Virus record (IMG/VR): IMGVR_UViG_3300032326_000865
Span: 5,406-69,405 of that record
Length of the DNA stretch: 64,000 nucleotides
From: a virus
Reading direction: 5' to 3' (one strand)
Below the pieces are notes generated by a model, which was given only the letters and a program-made list of their open reading frames with translations, was not told where the DNA came from and did no database searches. Positions 37,111 to 52,100 of the stretch are shown piece by piece. Position numbers and translations under genes: made by a program. Numbering within the stretch: the first letter of the stretch is position 1; each line of letters begins with the position of its first letter.

Positions 37111-40100
37111 ATGAATTTTGAAGAAGAATTTGGCGTTGTGCCAATGGATTTTGGTTTCGATCAGTTTGATGCTCAGTCTCTTCAGCAAGAGCCTGAAGAC
37201 GAATCAGAACCTGATCTTACTAATGTCGAAACAATGTTGCTGTCTGGTGATTGGAGAGACAATCCAGAATCCAGAGCGGAAATGTCCGACACCGCCAGTT
37301 CTTTGATTCATGATGCCCTTAGAACCTCGACTGACAAAAAGGTCAGTAGGAAGGTGAGAAGGGAAGGCAAGGAAGTCGATGAAGAGGTCCCCGTCCTTGG
37401 CCCTAATGGACGATTTAGTGAAGCAGGTCGTGACTACCTAGAGCGTTCTAGGCAGATTCTGAAGGCTGCCGCAAATGACGAAAATGGTGGTCTTGTTTAC
37501 AATGAGCTTACCGGTAAAACCGAAGTAGCTTCTTGGGTTAAAGATGCCATGCGTCAGGCCCCTCAGAAGCCAGAGGAGATTTTCCCTCAGCTTGAGGAAT
37601 ATAGAAACGAGCAGAAAGCCTTGGATGAAAACAACCCGATTGATCTTGAGGGTTACGCGAAATACACCGGCAAGGATCTAAATTCCTTTAGTGAGGGCGA
37701 AAAGCAAGCCTTCACGAAACAGGTTGCCCAAATGTCCTTTAATCCCGAGGAAATGGGAGAAGAGGAAATTGGTCGGATGGTTGAGGGCATGCCCGTAATC
37801 AATCCTGCTAATCGACATGAAATCAATAAGGTTGAGTCTTGGATTTCCTCTCTTGAAGGATTTAGCGACATCGACAAAAAGATCATGATCGACGACTATC
37901 ACGACACTATTGATCGTGATATTGTTGATTACGCCAGAATGTTTTCTGCCGCTGATGCGGGTCCGATTGAGTCGATTTGGAATCGTCCTCTGATGCAAGA
38001 GCTTGAAGCTCATTTGCAGTCTGGAGGCAATGGCGTCGAGTTCCTTCGCGCCAATCAAGAACGGATGACTAAAGACGCTTATGGTGTCACCTCTGAAGTT
38101 GCCGGGACGTTCCGTGATGCTGTGATGTCTATTGGAACTGGTGCTACTTGGCTTGCTGGAGCTGCAATAGATGTTCTGCCCGGTATTGATGGCGTAGGAG
38201 AACTTGCTTCTAGGCCTGCTCAATTGTGGGGAGAGCTCGCTGAAGAAAGCGCTTCCGCTTATCGAAATCAAAAGCTATTCAGTGTTGCTGGAATCGACAT
38301 CAATAGAAGAGACATCACTGAACTGGCTGGTCAAATTGGTGCTTTTGCAGCCCTCGGTGGATTAGGTGCGCTAATGGCTAAATCCACCGGACTTGCTGCC
38401 GCTCGCGCTGCTCTTGCAAAGGGTGGCGAAGTTGCTGGGGCAATAGGGAAAGTTGCTGCTGCTGAATCGGCAATGGCCAGCTCGTCTCTAGCCGTCCAAG
38501 CAAATCTTTCAAAGTTTCTTGGCGAAAAGACCGCAAAGTTCCTAACTGCCAGCGCGACCGATACTACGGCTTACCTTGGTGGTTTGCAGGCATCTGGCAC
38601 CAGCTTCGGCAAGACTTACAACGAAATTTACAAGGCGACCGGAGACGCTGAGGAGGCTTACCGAGAGGCATCGATTCAGGGCGTTTCTGATGGTCTCTCA
38701 GCCCTCATTGCGACCAGCGTGATGAATCGAGTCGCTCCCGGTATGGAACGCGTCCTTGGGGCTCCTGAGGGCTCTCTAAGCGGAAGCCTTATCCAGAGAA
38801 TGAGAGCATCGGGTGCCTCAAAAGCTGCGATGGAGGAAACCAAGCAGATTTTCTCTCAATTGAAAATGAGCAAAGAGCTCACCAATCAATTTGGAAAGGA
38901 TCTACTTAAATACACTCGTGATTCGATGGCTAAATCCGGCCTGCGTGGGATTGGTCCAGCGGGTGACATTCTTGCTGAAGGCGTCGAAGAGTCTTTTGAT
39001 GAAATGCTTTCGGATGTCATCGAGGTTATTATCGATGATTCCAAAACGTGGTCGGAAGACGGTTGGCCTCAAATCCAACAGAATTGGCGTAGCTACGTAA
39101 AGGCTGCTGTTCTTGGTGCGATTGGTGGCGGCATTGGCTCTTCTTATGGAGCTGCCAAATCCGGTGTTAAAGCTCTTGGCTCTGACACCCAACGCAAAGA
39201 AATCATCAAGAACAACGTCGCCAAAGAATGGGATCTGCTGAAGAGCAATGTTAGCCAATTTGAGAATCGGGATTTCCTTTTGAATATTGCAGGTCAAGCA
39301 CCTGTAAAGATCGGGGAGATTCTCGCCTCCGACATGAGCATCAACGAGAAGTCCAAATACCTTGTTGATTTCGCAAGAAAAGGACAATTGGCATTTGGTA
39401 GCAGGAATCAAAAGAAAGCTGAAGTTCCCGCCGCTGGAACCGTTCCGACTGGTACGGCTCCAACTAAAGCAACCGGTCCTTCTGTCACTCCAAGTGTTGC
39501 CCCGGACAGCAATGAGGGCATTCTTTCCAGTATTGGCTACAGTTTGCCAGCGGGAAGGACTTGGAAGTCCGACCTTTCGATTACTGAATCAGCCAATCCA
39601 TCCAAAGGCAATGAAGACGGTGTAACAGTTACCCCCTTGATCGTTGGAGGTGCTTCGATGGTTGGTGCTAAGGTCACCACGGTGGATTCCAGTGGCAATC
39701 AATCCTCTCGTTACGTTTCCGCCAGCGAAGCTGCAACTCTCGTTAAAGACAAAAGAGTTGCTGCAAACTACCAGTCGGTAGGCCAAGAAAAAGCACTTTC
39801 TGGTTCTGATGTCAGAATCGAGTCTTGGAGTGATGTTGCTCCCGCTCCTAGCCAGATTTCGACAGGGGAAATCCTTAGCCAAATGGGTTATTCTCCCGGT
39901 GAAAACCAGTCTTGGAATGACGAAGTGGAGACCAATTTGGAATTCATGGAGCGGACTCCAAATGGCGATTTGAATCCAATTACCATTGGCGGAGTTCCGT
40001 ATGCTGGGGCTAAGCTTACCAAGAAGGACGCGAATGGCAATGAGACCGTTTCCTACATTAGTGCTGCTGAAGCTGCCAATCTTTCTACGGACAACAAAAA

Positions 40101-43100
40101 ATCCTACGAAAAATCTGTTGCGGAACTCGATGCGAACGTCCCAAAATGGACCAAGCAAAATGAAAAAGGAACTGACACTTCTGGAACTGATGGGCAAATG
40201 CAAGGCACCGGGACAAACCGTGCTGAAGTGGCTGGAGATGCCGAGGGAGGAAACCTTGATGAAGCTGATGGCAATCGGGGGGATGCAGAAAGAGGAAGCC
40301 CTGCTGCTGCTGAAGAAGCTGAGGAAGTAAAAGCAGAGAAGAAGACTGGCTCAATTAGGGTCGTCGCTCAAAGCGAAAGAGCGGAATCTCTTCGCGAAAA
40401 ACTCTCCAACAACGAAGAAGTAAAAGCAGCTATCGCTGCTGGAGTTGATTTTGTCATTGTTGAAAGCTTGGATCAGCTTTCCGAAATTGCAGAGGGATCT
40501 CCAATTCAGGAAAGTGCTTTTACTAGAGGCTTTGATGGAGCAGCTTACGTTACCAAAAATGGAGAAGAACTAGTTGTCCTAAATGTAAGCATTGATGAAA
40601 AAAGCGATTCTGAAGTTTTAGAAATCGTAGCACATGAAGTAATTCATCTTGCTGAATTTAGATTCAGGGGAACCAAAGATGGTCTTAAATTGTGGAAAAA
40701 TGCTATTCAGATTTTTGATCCACAATCTCCTTATTTCGATAAAGAGTTCAACTCTTTTATGGAGAAGGAGTACCCAGAATTTAATGGCCTCTCTCTTCAG
40801 CTTAAACTTTCTGAAGCAAGTAGAGCTTTCGTTCAAGGGAAGCTGAATAAGTTTAGCTTTGCTGGCGAAAACCCATTCCTTCAATACCTTGAGGATTTCC
40901 TGAATTACGTCAGAAGTGCTTACGGTGAATTTTCGGACGCTTCCAAGTATTTTCAAGAAATTGAAAAAGCTTATGCTGAGATGTCTGTTGCTTCTGAAAC
41001 AAATGAAGCAGCAAAAAAGAATGAAGAGCTCAAAAGCCAATTCGTTCCCGAAGTAACACAAAACGAACGCGATTATGTCGCAATTGAGGCTAACGAAATC
41101 CTTGATGATTCCGGGATTAAGTTTTCAGTAAAGCCTCGACCTGAAAAAGCCTCCATTCCTGCCAATGCTTCCCTCTTTGAAGGTGATGAGGACGTTTGGA
41201 TTGAAGTCTCTACTAATGAAATTGGTGTTTCTCCCGAGTTCATTGATCGTGTAATTGCTGACGAAAAGATCGATGATAAGGAGCAGCATATTGCGGATAA
41301 GGTTTCCAGCCTTGTCAGCAAATCTGGAGTGTCACTTCAAGCCTTGACGCCATCTACTGCGCCAACTGCTGAAGTGGACCCAATTTCGGAAACCCCGAAA
41401 TACATTGTTCCTGAAGACGAACTTAATGGCACCACTGACTCAGCTGGGGGAAAGTGGAGTTCATCGAGTGAGAACAAAAACATTTACACCTACACTCCGG
41501 GCAAGGGGATGGTCATTGACGCCAAGGTTGGTGATGTCGTTTCGATTGGCGGTGATACCGATAACGTCCTTGTTTTCCTGAAAGTTGATCCAGATGGCGC
41601 GATTGTTTACGTCAAAGTGAACATGACTCAGTTTGGAACCACTGACGAAAACAGCGGCGAATTCAAGAGTGAGATTCACAAGCTGAACAAGAATTGGCAG
41701 AAGAACCGGCTTCTTAGCCTGACTAAAATGGTCAGACCTCAACTTGCTTCGATTCTTGCGGGAGATACCTCTGATGCTAGCATTAATGCGCTCAGGAAAA
41801 TCCTGAAGGCGGTAATGAATGAAGTTGCTCCCGGTAAGGAGTTCATCGAGAGCACTGATCCAAATACGAACTTCATTCAATCTGTTTGGAAAAAAACAAA
41901 GAAACTTGTCACTAAGGCAAACGGTAAAACTGAAACGAAAATTGAGCAGGTTCCATTTATGGAGGTCAACTTGGCTTCCACAATCCAAGAACTGAAGTCT
42001 CTCTTGGGTAGCGCCAATCTCACGAATCCAAAGGCTGAGTTCCTTGTTTCGATGGAGGTTTCCAGACTTCTTTCTAAGTGGGTTGAGGAAGAACAGATCC
42101 ACTTGATTACGATGGATCACAGCAGCTTCTCTGAAATTAAGATTAGCAATTTCGTTAAGGAAGTCGCAAAAAACAAAGATCATCCACTTTATGCTTTGTT
42201 TGTTCAAACCGTAAAGGAACGCGCTCCTGATTCAGATCCGGTAGTTGATCGCCGTAATCCTCGCGGATTGAATCCCGAGCAAAGGTATATCGTCGGTAGT
42301 GAGCTCTTGAGAAAGGTTCAGCAGATCAGAGCTGGAGGTTCCTTTTCTGAACAAGCGAACACCGACGCAAGAAGACTTGTTTACTCGCTTGCTCAGGATG
42401 CAATGGCTGGCAAGAGCCTATTCAAATCGGCAGCTGAAATGATCCGTAGATACATGGATCGAATCCACAAGGTTCTCTGGTTCCGCTCTATTCGTGGTCA
42501 GCTTTCTGTGAAGCAACTCGAAATCCTTGATATTCTTGATGCTGAATACCGGCGTAGGAATATCCGTGGTGATGTTGATTACACCAAGGACAAGGTGACT
42601 GAGTTCATGGTGAACCGGATGAATAGCTACTATGCATCCACCGAAGATGAGATTGCCAGTGTAGCGAGAGAATTCAGTAATCCGCTAATCAAACTTCGTG
42701 GTGTCATTAATCAATTCGATGCCTTTAGGTTCTCTGACATTATTGACGTTAATGATAAATTTGAATTGTTTATCGTTCCTCAAGTCAGGCAGTTCATGGA
42801 AGACAGCAAGCTGTATGACATGGCTGAAATTGATGAAGCGATTCTCTCTCTAAATGAAAAGGAATCCTTCCGTAAGGTTTGGACTGAAACTTACATTGCC
42901 AAACAGGTAATGGAGTCGAGAGAGGCTGAACTTGAGTTTGATCCTACGGAATTCTTTAAGATGCTTGAAGGGAACAAATTCGACCCGGATGGCGTAATGT
43001 TCCAAATCTTGAAGGGTATTCCCAATACTCCAGAAGGTTCGGAGTTTTTGGCGGATCACCTTGATCGTGCTTACCAAAACGCTCGTGCCAATCGCGAACA

Positions 43101-46100
43101 AGTTGAAAACGAATTGATTATTGATGAGCTGAGACTCATTCAAAATCTAGACCCTAGGAAGTCGGAAGATCGAATTGCTTTGCTTGAAAAAGCGAAGTTT
43201 TATGGGATGCCTTTGGATGTGGATTCTTTCGAGAATGGCACATACTTCGACCTTAATGGCCTTCAGGGTAAGCTTTTGTCTAGGGCGGAAATGATGCTTC
43301 AAGACCCCGATATTCTTAATAAGGTGGCTAAATTGATGGGTTCCTCCAAGAATCCTAAAATTGCCTCTTATTCCGAGAAACTGGATCAATTGAAAGTAAT
43401 TGAAAACGCCGCTCTCATTAGAAAAAATAGAGTCAGGAGTTCCATAAACAAGGATGGTGTTCTTGAGTTCAACAATGTCAATTTTCCGTTTGAGGGCTCG
43501 GGCGCAATTGCTTCTCTAAAACAACAGCGCGAAGCTAGGGAGTCTGGTGCTGACATGGAGCTGGCTCGTGAGCGTTATCTCAAGCTGAGGGCTTACCTTG
43601 ATTCCGTTGATTCCTTCAACAACAAGATTGAGACGATGAAGGAACGGGCCTTTGGGTATGTCCGCCCAAATACAAAGGATCACGGTCTTTATATCCGGGA
43701 CACTCGCAACTTTGTAAACAACAAAATGGTGCTTGGTCCTCGTGAGGACATTATTGAAGCCGCCACCACACCAAGTGAAGTCTTCTTCTATAATTACTAT
43801 CCATCCACTAGAGGCGCTAGAACCGTGGCAGGTGATGGATACCCTAAAAATTGGTCCAGTGATAGAGACTCGACCAAAGACAAAGATGTCACCCAGCTTC
43901 ACGTTACTACGATTGACTCCAACGCTAGCTTTCTTGGACGCAACGCTAGAATGAATTATTACATTGCCGACTTAATGGGCAATGTTCCCGGTTCTTTTAA
44001 CCGTGAGCTTTACAACTCTTCGGCTGGGTTTGCATTTGAGGGCAGTGAGAACGATTACGATCAAACGACCTACGAAAACCCCGAGGTGGCCTTCCCTCGT
44101 TTCGATGGCTTCAAGGAGCTCAAAAACGTTCAGGCGAAACTTGATGAGGATAAGCAACCAAATGCTTCCGGTCTCTTTAATATCATTGCTTACATCACTA
44201 AGGCTGAGGCTTGGTTGGATCATATTGACCAAAGGATTGATCCGAAAAAGATCATTACTGAAGTTGCTGGTATGCAAACTCCGGCTGGCAGAGCGTCGAT
44301 TATCCTTCAGCCTAGATTTAAAGATCTCCGCGAGAATCTTGAGTTTACGAAGAATCTTGTGATTCAAAAACTTTCTCCTTACGTCAAATACAATGCCAAC
44401 TCTGAAGGCGATTTTGCTTCTAGTTTTGAGAGGGACAAGGAAGGCAAATTGATTTTGATGAGTGACAGTGCTGCTGAGGTATTTAAAGCCATCAAGGAAT
44501 CGCTCAGAACTGGCAAGGGCACTAAATTCTCTGAAATGTATGAGGCTCAAATGGCTGCAAATTCCGATGTGAAATCCACTCGGAGAATGGTCAGAGAGTT
44601 CGTGAATCCTAAGTGGATTAAGAACGTTGAAAGGGAAGCAATCCAGACCATTCGTAATGCTGCGTACCGTCCAGATCATCCTGAGATGCTTCAGCTTCGT
44701 GATGCCATTCTAGATCCTGCAATTATGCGGAATATGGGATTCGCGATGAAATACTTTTCTGAGAATGCATCCAATTACTGGGTTGGCCCAATGTATGCCA
44801 CTGATGCCCTCAAGGATTACTCAAAAATCTCCGGTAGAGGTTACGAGCAAAAGGCTGTAAAGGGTGGGATTAAAAAAGGAGTAATCAAAGAAGGTAAAAA
44901 TAAAGGAGAGGTTTACACCCAAGAACTGCCCGCTCAACCTACTGATATTGTTTTTTCTTATGGAGAATCAGGTAATGATGATCCTCGTGTCGGAAAAAGC
45001 GATTCTGGTGAATTTGGTGTTACTCTTGATTCTTACCTTCAAGACAAATTCAGTGAAAAGCTTACTGGTGCAGAACTAGCAGCTCTTACTGAAGATGCTC
45101 CAGAGCAATCCCTTAAAATGTGGCTGACTTCTCAGCTGATGTTTATCGGTTATCGCTCTCAGACCAATTACGGCAATGTCGATGATGCTCGTAACTTTGC
45201 CTTTGATGTAATGAGGAAGCAGCTCACTCTTGAGGGTAATACTGCTGATCTTGTTGAGACGGCAATTGCTGGGATGTTCCCATCCACGCAGAGAGGGACT
45301 AAGAGATTTGAAACGCTTGTTAAATTCTTTTATCGTAACAATCCTCAATATATCAAGAATTACAAATTGCTTGAAAATGATCCACTTGAAAGATTCGACA
45401 GGTTTATTGCTGAATCTTTTGTGGTCGATCTTCTTGAATTCAAGCGCAGATTTGAAGAGTCTGCCTTGAAGCAGGCTAGATTCAAAAGCAACGAGACGAT
45501 TGCTGTCCTTTCCAATGCCATTGATGCCTCCTCTCATCCCAAAGAAGAAAAGGATGAGATGAAACGGGTTGTTAGTAAGGGATTGATTTCAGGTGATGTT
45601 CTTGCTTACGATTCGAGACTTGTTGACCAGTATAATATTTACCTTGGTGAGAGTCCTGTTGTTTCCATGATGCTAATGAACTTGGTTGGTGAGACAATCA
45701 TCGTTCAGCCCACTAAAAAACAAACGACACAAGCTGGCACTGAAATTGGTCTCAGGGTGATTCCCGGCAAGGAAGGACAGCCAAACATTGTTTGGGTTCC
45801 CAATTCCGGGGCAAGCAGACTCGATCAGCAGATTGCTATCCAAACAATTCTCAGCCATTACGGCGAAGATCCGGCAATGAAGGAAACGATTGTTAGCCTG
45901 GCTAATTCCATTCGCAATACGCTTCTTCCCGCCTTCGATTTGGACCAAACCGAAAGAGCGATTCAACATCATCTTGATAGGATTCCAGCTGAAAAAAGAA
46001 AATCGTTTACTGGGTCCGCATTGTCTCACTTTATTAAGCTTAGTCGGATTACTGATGAGATTTCACCATCTGACATTACTGGTACTTCCGCTTTTAATAT

Positions 46101-49100
46101 TATTAATTACAAAGAGAAATTCAGTCCCGGTTTCGCTTCTGACATTTCTCTGATTACAAGCGTCTTTACTGATCCGAAATACAAAGAGGCTTTTGATCGT
46201 GGTTACATTGGGACTGATGTCGCTCAGGAATTCGGGCTACCGGATGCCGCTGTTGATGGCTTGAATGCCATTGTGAAGCGCTTAAGGGAGACCGATGGGG
46301 ATTATGTCTATTGGGCTGAAGAAAACGCCACAGAAGACGTTGTTGGCGACGAGATGAGCTCTCTTGGAGAGTCCTATGAGGATCTCGATCAAGAATTCGA
46401 CACCAGTGCAGGCCGAGCTGACCCAGAGGTTTCCGAAATGATGAAAACCTATGGCATCACCGAGGATGAGCTTGAAAGAAAAACGAAGTCTGATGAGGAC
46501 CGCAAAAAGAATTCAACCGCAAATGCGAACAAGCTGATTGAGATTCTTGATCCTGATCGATTGAAGGCTCAGCCTTGGGAAGAGGTTGTCCCTCCTTCGG
46601 ACATGGTAATCTTTAACGCTCTTGGTTCTTTGTTGGCCAATGTGAAGTCAAAGAATGACATGCTGGACCCGGTTCTTCGCTCTGAATACAGAGAAAAAAG
46701 AAACGAGCCATCCAGACTTACAGAAAGTCCGGTTTCAATTCTCAGGAGTGAAAGAGAAACGTCTAGTCTTTTTGAGCCCATTTTCCCTGAACTCAACAGA
46801 CCTGATGCTCGAAATGTAAATCAGTCAATGTTTGTCGGTAGCGCCATTAATTTGACGAGACCCAACGTTCATGGTCACACCATGCTGAAATTGATGATGG
46901 ATGCAACCAGATCCAGAACTCAGCAAGCGGCTTGGATTGCAAAGATTCCTGATGTTGCGCTGGCTATTGATTCTGCTGTTATTCCTAAATTAAAATCCAT
47001 GAATCTTGGTGTCACTCCCCGGATTGAATTGGAAATTCCTCTCGATGACGACTTCATGAATCATGCTTCGGATTTAATCCCTCAGCTTGCTTCCGTTCGT
47101 GAGCAGGTTGAGAAATCCTTGCTGAAAATCAGCGAGACTGAGCAAATGCTTTTGGACAGAATTCAAGAAGCTAATGAAATCCTTAACATTCCATTGAAAT
47201 GGAGTAATGAGGAGACGATCACCGAGGAAATGGCTGAAAGTAACAGCCTGAAGGATGAGATGGTTTCTCTCATCCAACGACTGGCTCAAACGATTTCTGG
47301 AGCCTCTAATGAAACCTTAGCTTACGAGCAGGCAATGACCGCTCATGCCATTCAGGCTGCGATTGAATCCAAGTATGGCGACTTTATGCCGGAAATGAGC
47401 AGTCGGATCAGTGATCTTTACAGATTGATTCGAAAGAGGGATTCGTCTGACAATGTGCTTGCTAGTTCCGAGTTTAATAAAACTACGGAAAGCATTTCGA
47501 GGCATCTTGAATGGTTCAATACTGCTACCCAGCAAATCAATAAGGTTGCCAATAACGTCGTTGATGGTCGCCTAAGCCAAATTGGTATTGATGCTGACAA
47601 AAATAAACCAAGCAGAAGGAAAATCCTTTCCCCTCTTGGGAGAAATCCTCAGAATGTCTCTCTTGCTGATGTTGATTCTTTTGCAAAGGCTTTGAATTCC
47701 GGTAGGATTACCGCCAATAAAGTTCTTTTTAATTCGATCTTTAATGAAGCAAGCAATCAGTTCACCTCTCGAATTCTTGATTTTGCTGAAAGAAAGTCTG
47801 GAAAAGCAAAAGTGCTGTTTCAGAAGGGTTCTGAATCTCTTGAGATCCAAGGAAAGAAAAAGGGTGAGCCTCAAATTGGCATTCAGGGCGACAAGGCTAA
47901 GGCTGGAATTATTGAGTTCCTGAAGAAAGCCAAGGATCTGAATCGTGATCAGATTTTCAATCTCGTCAACTCCGGTTTTGGTGAAGAATATTTTGGTGGA
48001 GATAACAACGTCTTCAAATACCTTAATATGATTGCCCTCGGCACTGTTGAGGCGCATGAGCTCTTCCAAAGAAAGGCGGAGACCGGAGAAGAGCGAACCA
48101 GAAGAGAAAGAGCTGAGTATACAAAAAGAGATGCTGAAAAGCACCTTGGAGTAATTCGAGACCAGAGAGTCAAGATGTTCGATACTGGCGGATCAGCTTA
48201 CATTGGCAAATTCCGCCATGTTATGAAGCAACGTCAAAAAGACGGCAAGCCAATGGCGGCGAACATTGAAATCAGTGTTGTTGATCCACTGGTCCAAATC
48301 AAAGAGTTTGAAAGCACTGCTGACAAATTCGCGAGAAGAGACAAATGGAGACAAAGCGAAAACAGCAGAAAGAACTTTTACATTCTGCGTGAGGCTCTTA
48401 CCCGTTCTCTTGATGAAATTGCAGATGGTCGGGTTGACGCGATGTATAAGAAGCTTCGTGGTCAAACCGAAGAAATCGGAGGTTTCAATCCGGTGAAGAT
48501 CGTAATGGATGCCCAGAGACGCATTCAAATTGAAGATTCTGTCTTCAAGGATCAACTAAACAAGGTTCAAGGCTTGGTTGCCGATGCGGATCTTCGTGAA
48601 TTGAGCGCTGAGGCTTTGGCCTTTATGACCAATTCCTCTGATGTCCTTTACACGATTAAAGGACCGCAGTTGCAACAGAAAATTGAGGACGCCATTAAGG
48701 CGAAGTCCCTTAAGCTTTCTTTTGAAGAAAAAGAAGCTCTCAAGGAGCAAATCAATTCGAAGTATCAACCCGGAGACAAACGATACGTCAGTGAGGAAAG
48801 AAAAGAAGTCCTCAAGAGAGCATTGAGAACTGGTTACATCAATAACCTTACTGACCAAGAAAAAGCTAAGATCAAATCCGATATTGAGGCTGATTTCAAG
48901 AACCTGATTGATGCTAAACTCAAGGCAAATAGGTTGCCGCAGAATTTCAATTCCAGACGCAACCTAATTGGCGAACTTTTCAACGACCCAGAAAATGGCG
49001 GAAAAGTTATTTTGGTTCCTCAAGACGCCAAGGCTCGCTTGATGAGGGCATTCCCAAATGTTGTCAATGAAAGGAATGCAAACAGCACGATGAGAGAAGT

Positions 49101-52100
49101 TGCTCTCAAGGCATTGAGCCAATCGAGCGCTTACCCGTCCTTTATGGATCAGAACGGCCCTCCTGATGCCAAGTTCAGAGGTAGCAAATTCAAGCTCACC
49201 AAGGACAACGCGGATCTCACTATTGAAGAAGCTGGTCGTTTGTTCTCTGATCGCTTCAAGGTTGGTCTTTCAAACTATCTCCAAAAGACCCGGAATGGCA
49301 AGGAAGTGGACCTTACTGGTGAGAACTCAAAGCGTGCTGTGAACTTCTATGGCACACTGGTTGAAAAGCTGGTTTATGCTTACAATGCTGAAAAGCTTGT
49401 GAAGGCTGATGGTTCTGACACTCGTGCTCAGATTGAAATCGAAAAGATCCTGACTTCTATTGATAATCAGGGTAACGCTGTTGGTAATCTTGGTTTTGAT
49501 TCCAATGACCAAACCTTTCAGGATTTCGACCTGATTGGAACTTTTGCTTTGGCTTTTGCAGAATTGGAATCCGAGCAAATCATGATGAACCTTGTTAGCG
49601 GTCTTTCCATTCAGGATGGATACGTTCCTCAGAACTTGCTGAAATACGTTCACCATCAAGACGCTCGGAATCGTTCCAAGTTCATGAAGTCGAAGATTGC
49701 TCGTGACGTTGCAATTCACCTTCAGGCTTACCTTGAGCGTGGCTTTGACAACAGTTCCGGTAGAAGCGGTCATCAAGCGGCTCACAAGTCCGCTCAGGAT
49801 GCCATTGCAGCTGCTTCTCGCAAGTTCCTTGGTATTCAGGGAAGTGCCAAGGATCAGGCAATTGGTTACATGCTTGCTCAGCTTAAGGGTCTTAATGACG
49901 CTTCCGGTATGACGCTCACCCAAGCTCTTGGAGCATGGAAAAAAACCATTGATGCTGGCTGGCAGGACCTGAAGGATTTGGACCGTGCTCAAAAGAATGC
50001 GTTTAAGAGCAAAGCGGGTAGATTTCTCAACGCCAACCACGTTGACATGATCCGCGATATTCCTCTGATCGAGTCAATTTATAGCAAACTTCAGAAATCT
50101 GGAGCTTTTGATGATTTCGGTCTCGTTGATTACAGCAACGAATTCATTGGGGAAGAGGAAGCCAAGGATCAGAACAGCAGAAAGGTCATCAAGGCACTCG
50201 AAGAAGCGCTCAAGGCTCAAACTAAGAACCAAGAAGGCGTCAAGAATTATGCTGATGCTATCTACGATCAGCTTCTCGATGCTTACAATGCGACCGCAGT
50301 AACCAGAGCGGTTACTTCCAAAAGGCTTGAAGAAGAAGACAAAACTGGAAACAAGCAAGACGACGAAGGCTTGAGCCCAACGGTCAGGACTTATAGTTCT
50401 GTTCCGATTAAGTTGGCTTACGCTGCAAACCCCGACTCTGCCGAGGTTAGAACCCCAACTGAAGGTCAATGGATTCCCGATCCTGCTGATGTTGTTGATA
50501 TTCGAAAGTCTGCTTTTTATGGTGGATTTGGAAGGCAAGAGCGAGAAGTTGAAAACGCTCCTGTTTTGAGACCGATTTCTCTCAATGGTCTTGCTGCTCC
50601 ATTCTCCATTCTTGAGGATTCCCTATACAGAACGAACATTACTCCAAACTACTTGATTTTGCGCAAGTTGCTTGGACGGGTTCAAAACCCCTCTGGGGTT
50701 CCGATTGTCGATAAGTCCCTTTTGATTTCGCCTAGGCTAATGCTTTCTAGCGAATACAAGAGCAAGATGAAAGACTTCAAGATCGCTGTTTCCGCAGTGG
50801 CTAGCGAGATTGAAACCGTAATTTTCAATGACTCGCAAGTTGGCGTGGTTAATACGGCTTTTGCTCAAGCTGCTAATTTTGCCTCCTCTGTTTTTGTTGT
50901 GAGGTCTCTTGCTTCTCTTCAACAGCTCTGGAACCAAACTCTTCCTGCTGCTACGTTCTTCGTGATCAAGAAGCTATCGATTGGGAAGCACTCCGAAGCT
51001 TACGACTTCCTCAAGATCCTCTCTAAATTGATTGGGTCGATGGCTGCTGATTTTGCTAAGAGTCCGAGAAACTTCCTTGGAGGACACGAAAACAAAACCC
51101 AATTCCATCACCGAGTCACCAAGTTTACCAAAGAAGTATCCCCTTACATTTACTTCCGTGGTGTTGATGGGCAAGACCAGTCTCGCGAAGCTTTGAGGCA
51201 CCAAACCCGATTCAACCAGTCGAAGTTCCAGTCTTGGGGTGGGAGATTCGTAAAAGAATATCAGAACACTGGTGAAGCTGCTCTCGACTTCACAATCGGA
51301 AGCGGTGAAAGGCTTATTTCCAAGGCTATTTTCCTCACTGAACTGATGAGTGAAATGAAGCGTGCGAATACGATCAATTCTCCAAATACGGTGGAAGATC
51401 TTTTGAGCAACTTCAATTCTCGAAACATCCCCGTTTTGGCGAACAGAATGGCCGAAATTAAGGTCAGTGACATGATGGGGCAGTCTGATGTCAGTAAGAA
51501 GTCAACTCTCTTCCAGAACAGGTCTGACAGCCCAGTATGGTCTTCTCTTTGGAAGTCTCTTACTAGATTCTCCAACCACACGGCATCCACCTCGTCAAAC
51601 ATGACGGCACTGCTGCCAGCCTTGAAGCATGGTGATGAAGCAACCAAGCAGGAAGCACTTGAAAATATCGTTGGGACACTCGGACAAAACGTAATGTTCC
51701 AATTCTTCAAGATCCACACCCTGCTGCCACTTGCCCTGAGCGTCTTCTACATGTTTGACGGTGATGACGAGGAGGAAGCATCCAGAAAAGCGCAAGAGAA
51801 AGCCAACGAGATCCTAGGCACCGAAGAAAGCGGTCCAGTGGCATCGATGTTCAAGCAGCTTGCATTTGGTTCTGAGAAAGAACTTTTCCAAAGCTTCAAA
51901 CAAGATGAAGCTGCTTTGGCTTCCGCTAAGGCTGAACTACTTGGGAAAACCGCAATGGAGTTCACTCAAGCAGTTCCATACGTTGGGGTTTTGTTTGGTT
52001 ACTCTCCAATCAGTTCCTTTGCTAAGCCAATCGTAAATAACAGCGCCGAAGAAATCATGAGCTTTATGAGTAGATTTGGCGGAAAGAAACCAATTCCAGT

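Noticed and set aside
49510-49545. QDFDLIG as an RNA polymerase catalytic motif
   Set aside because: It lacks the third Asp of DxDxD, so it cannot support an RNAP call
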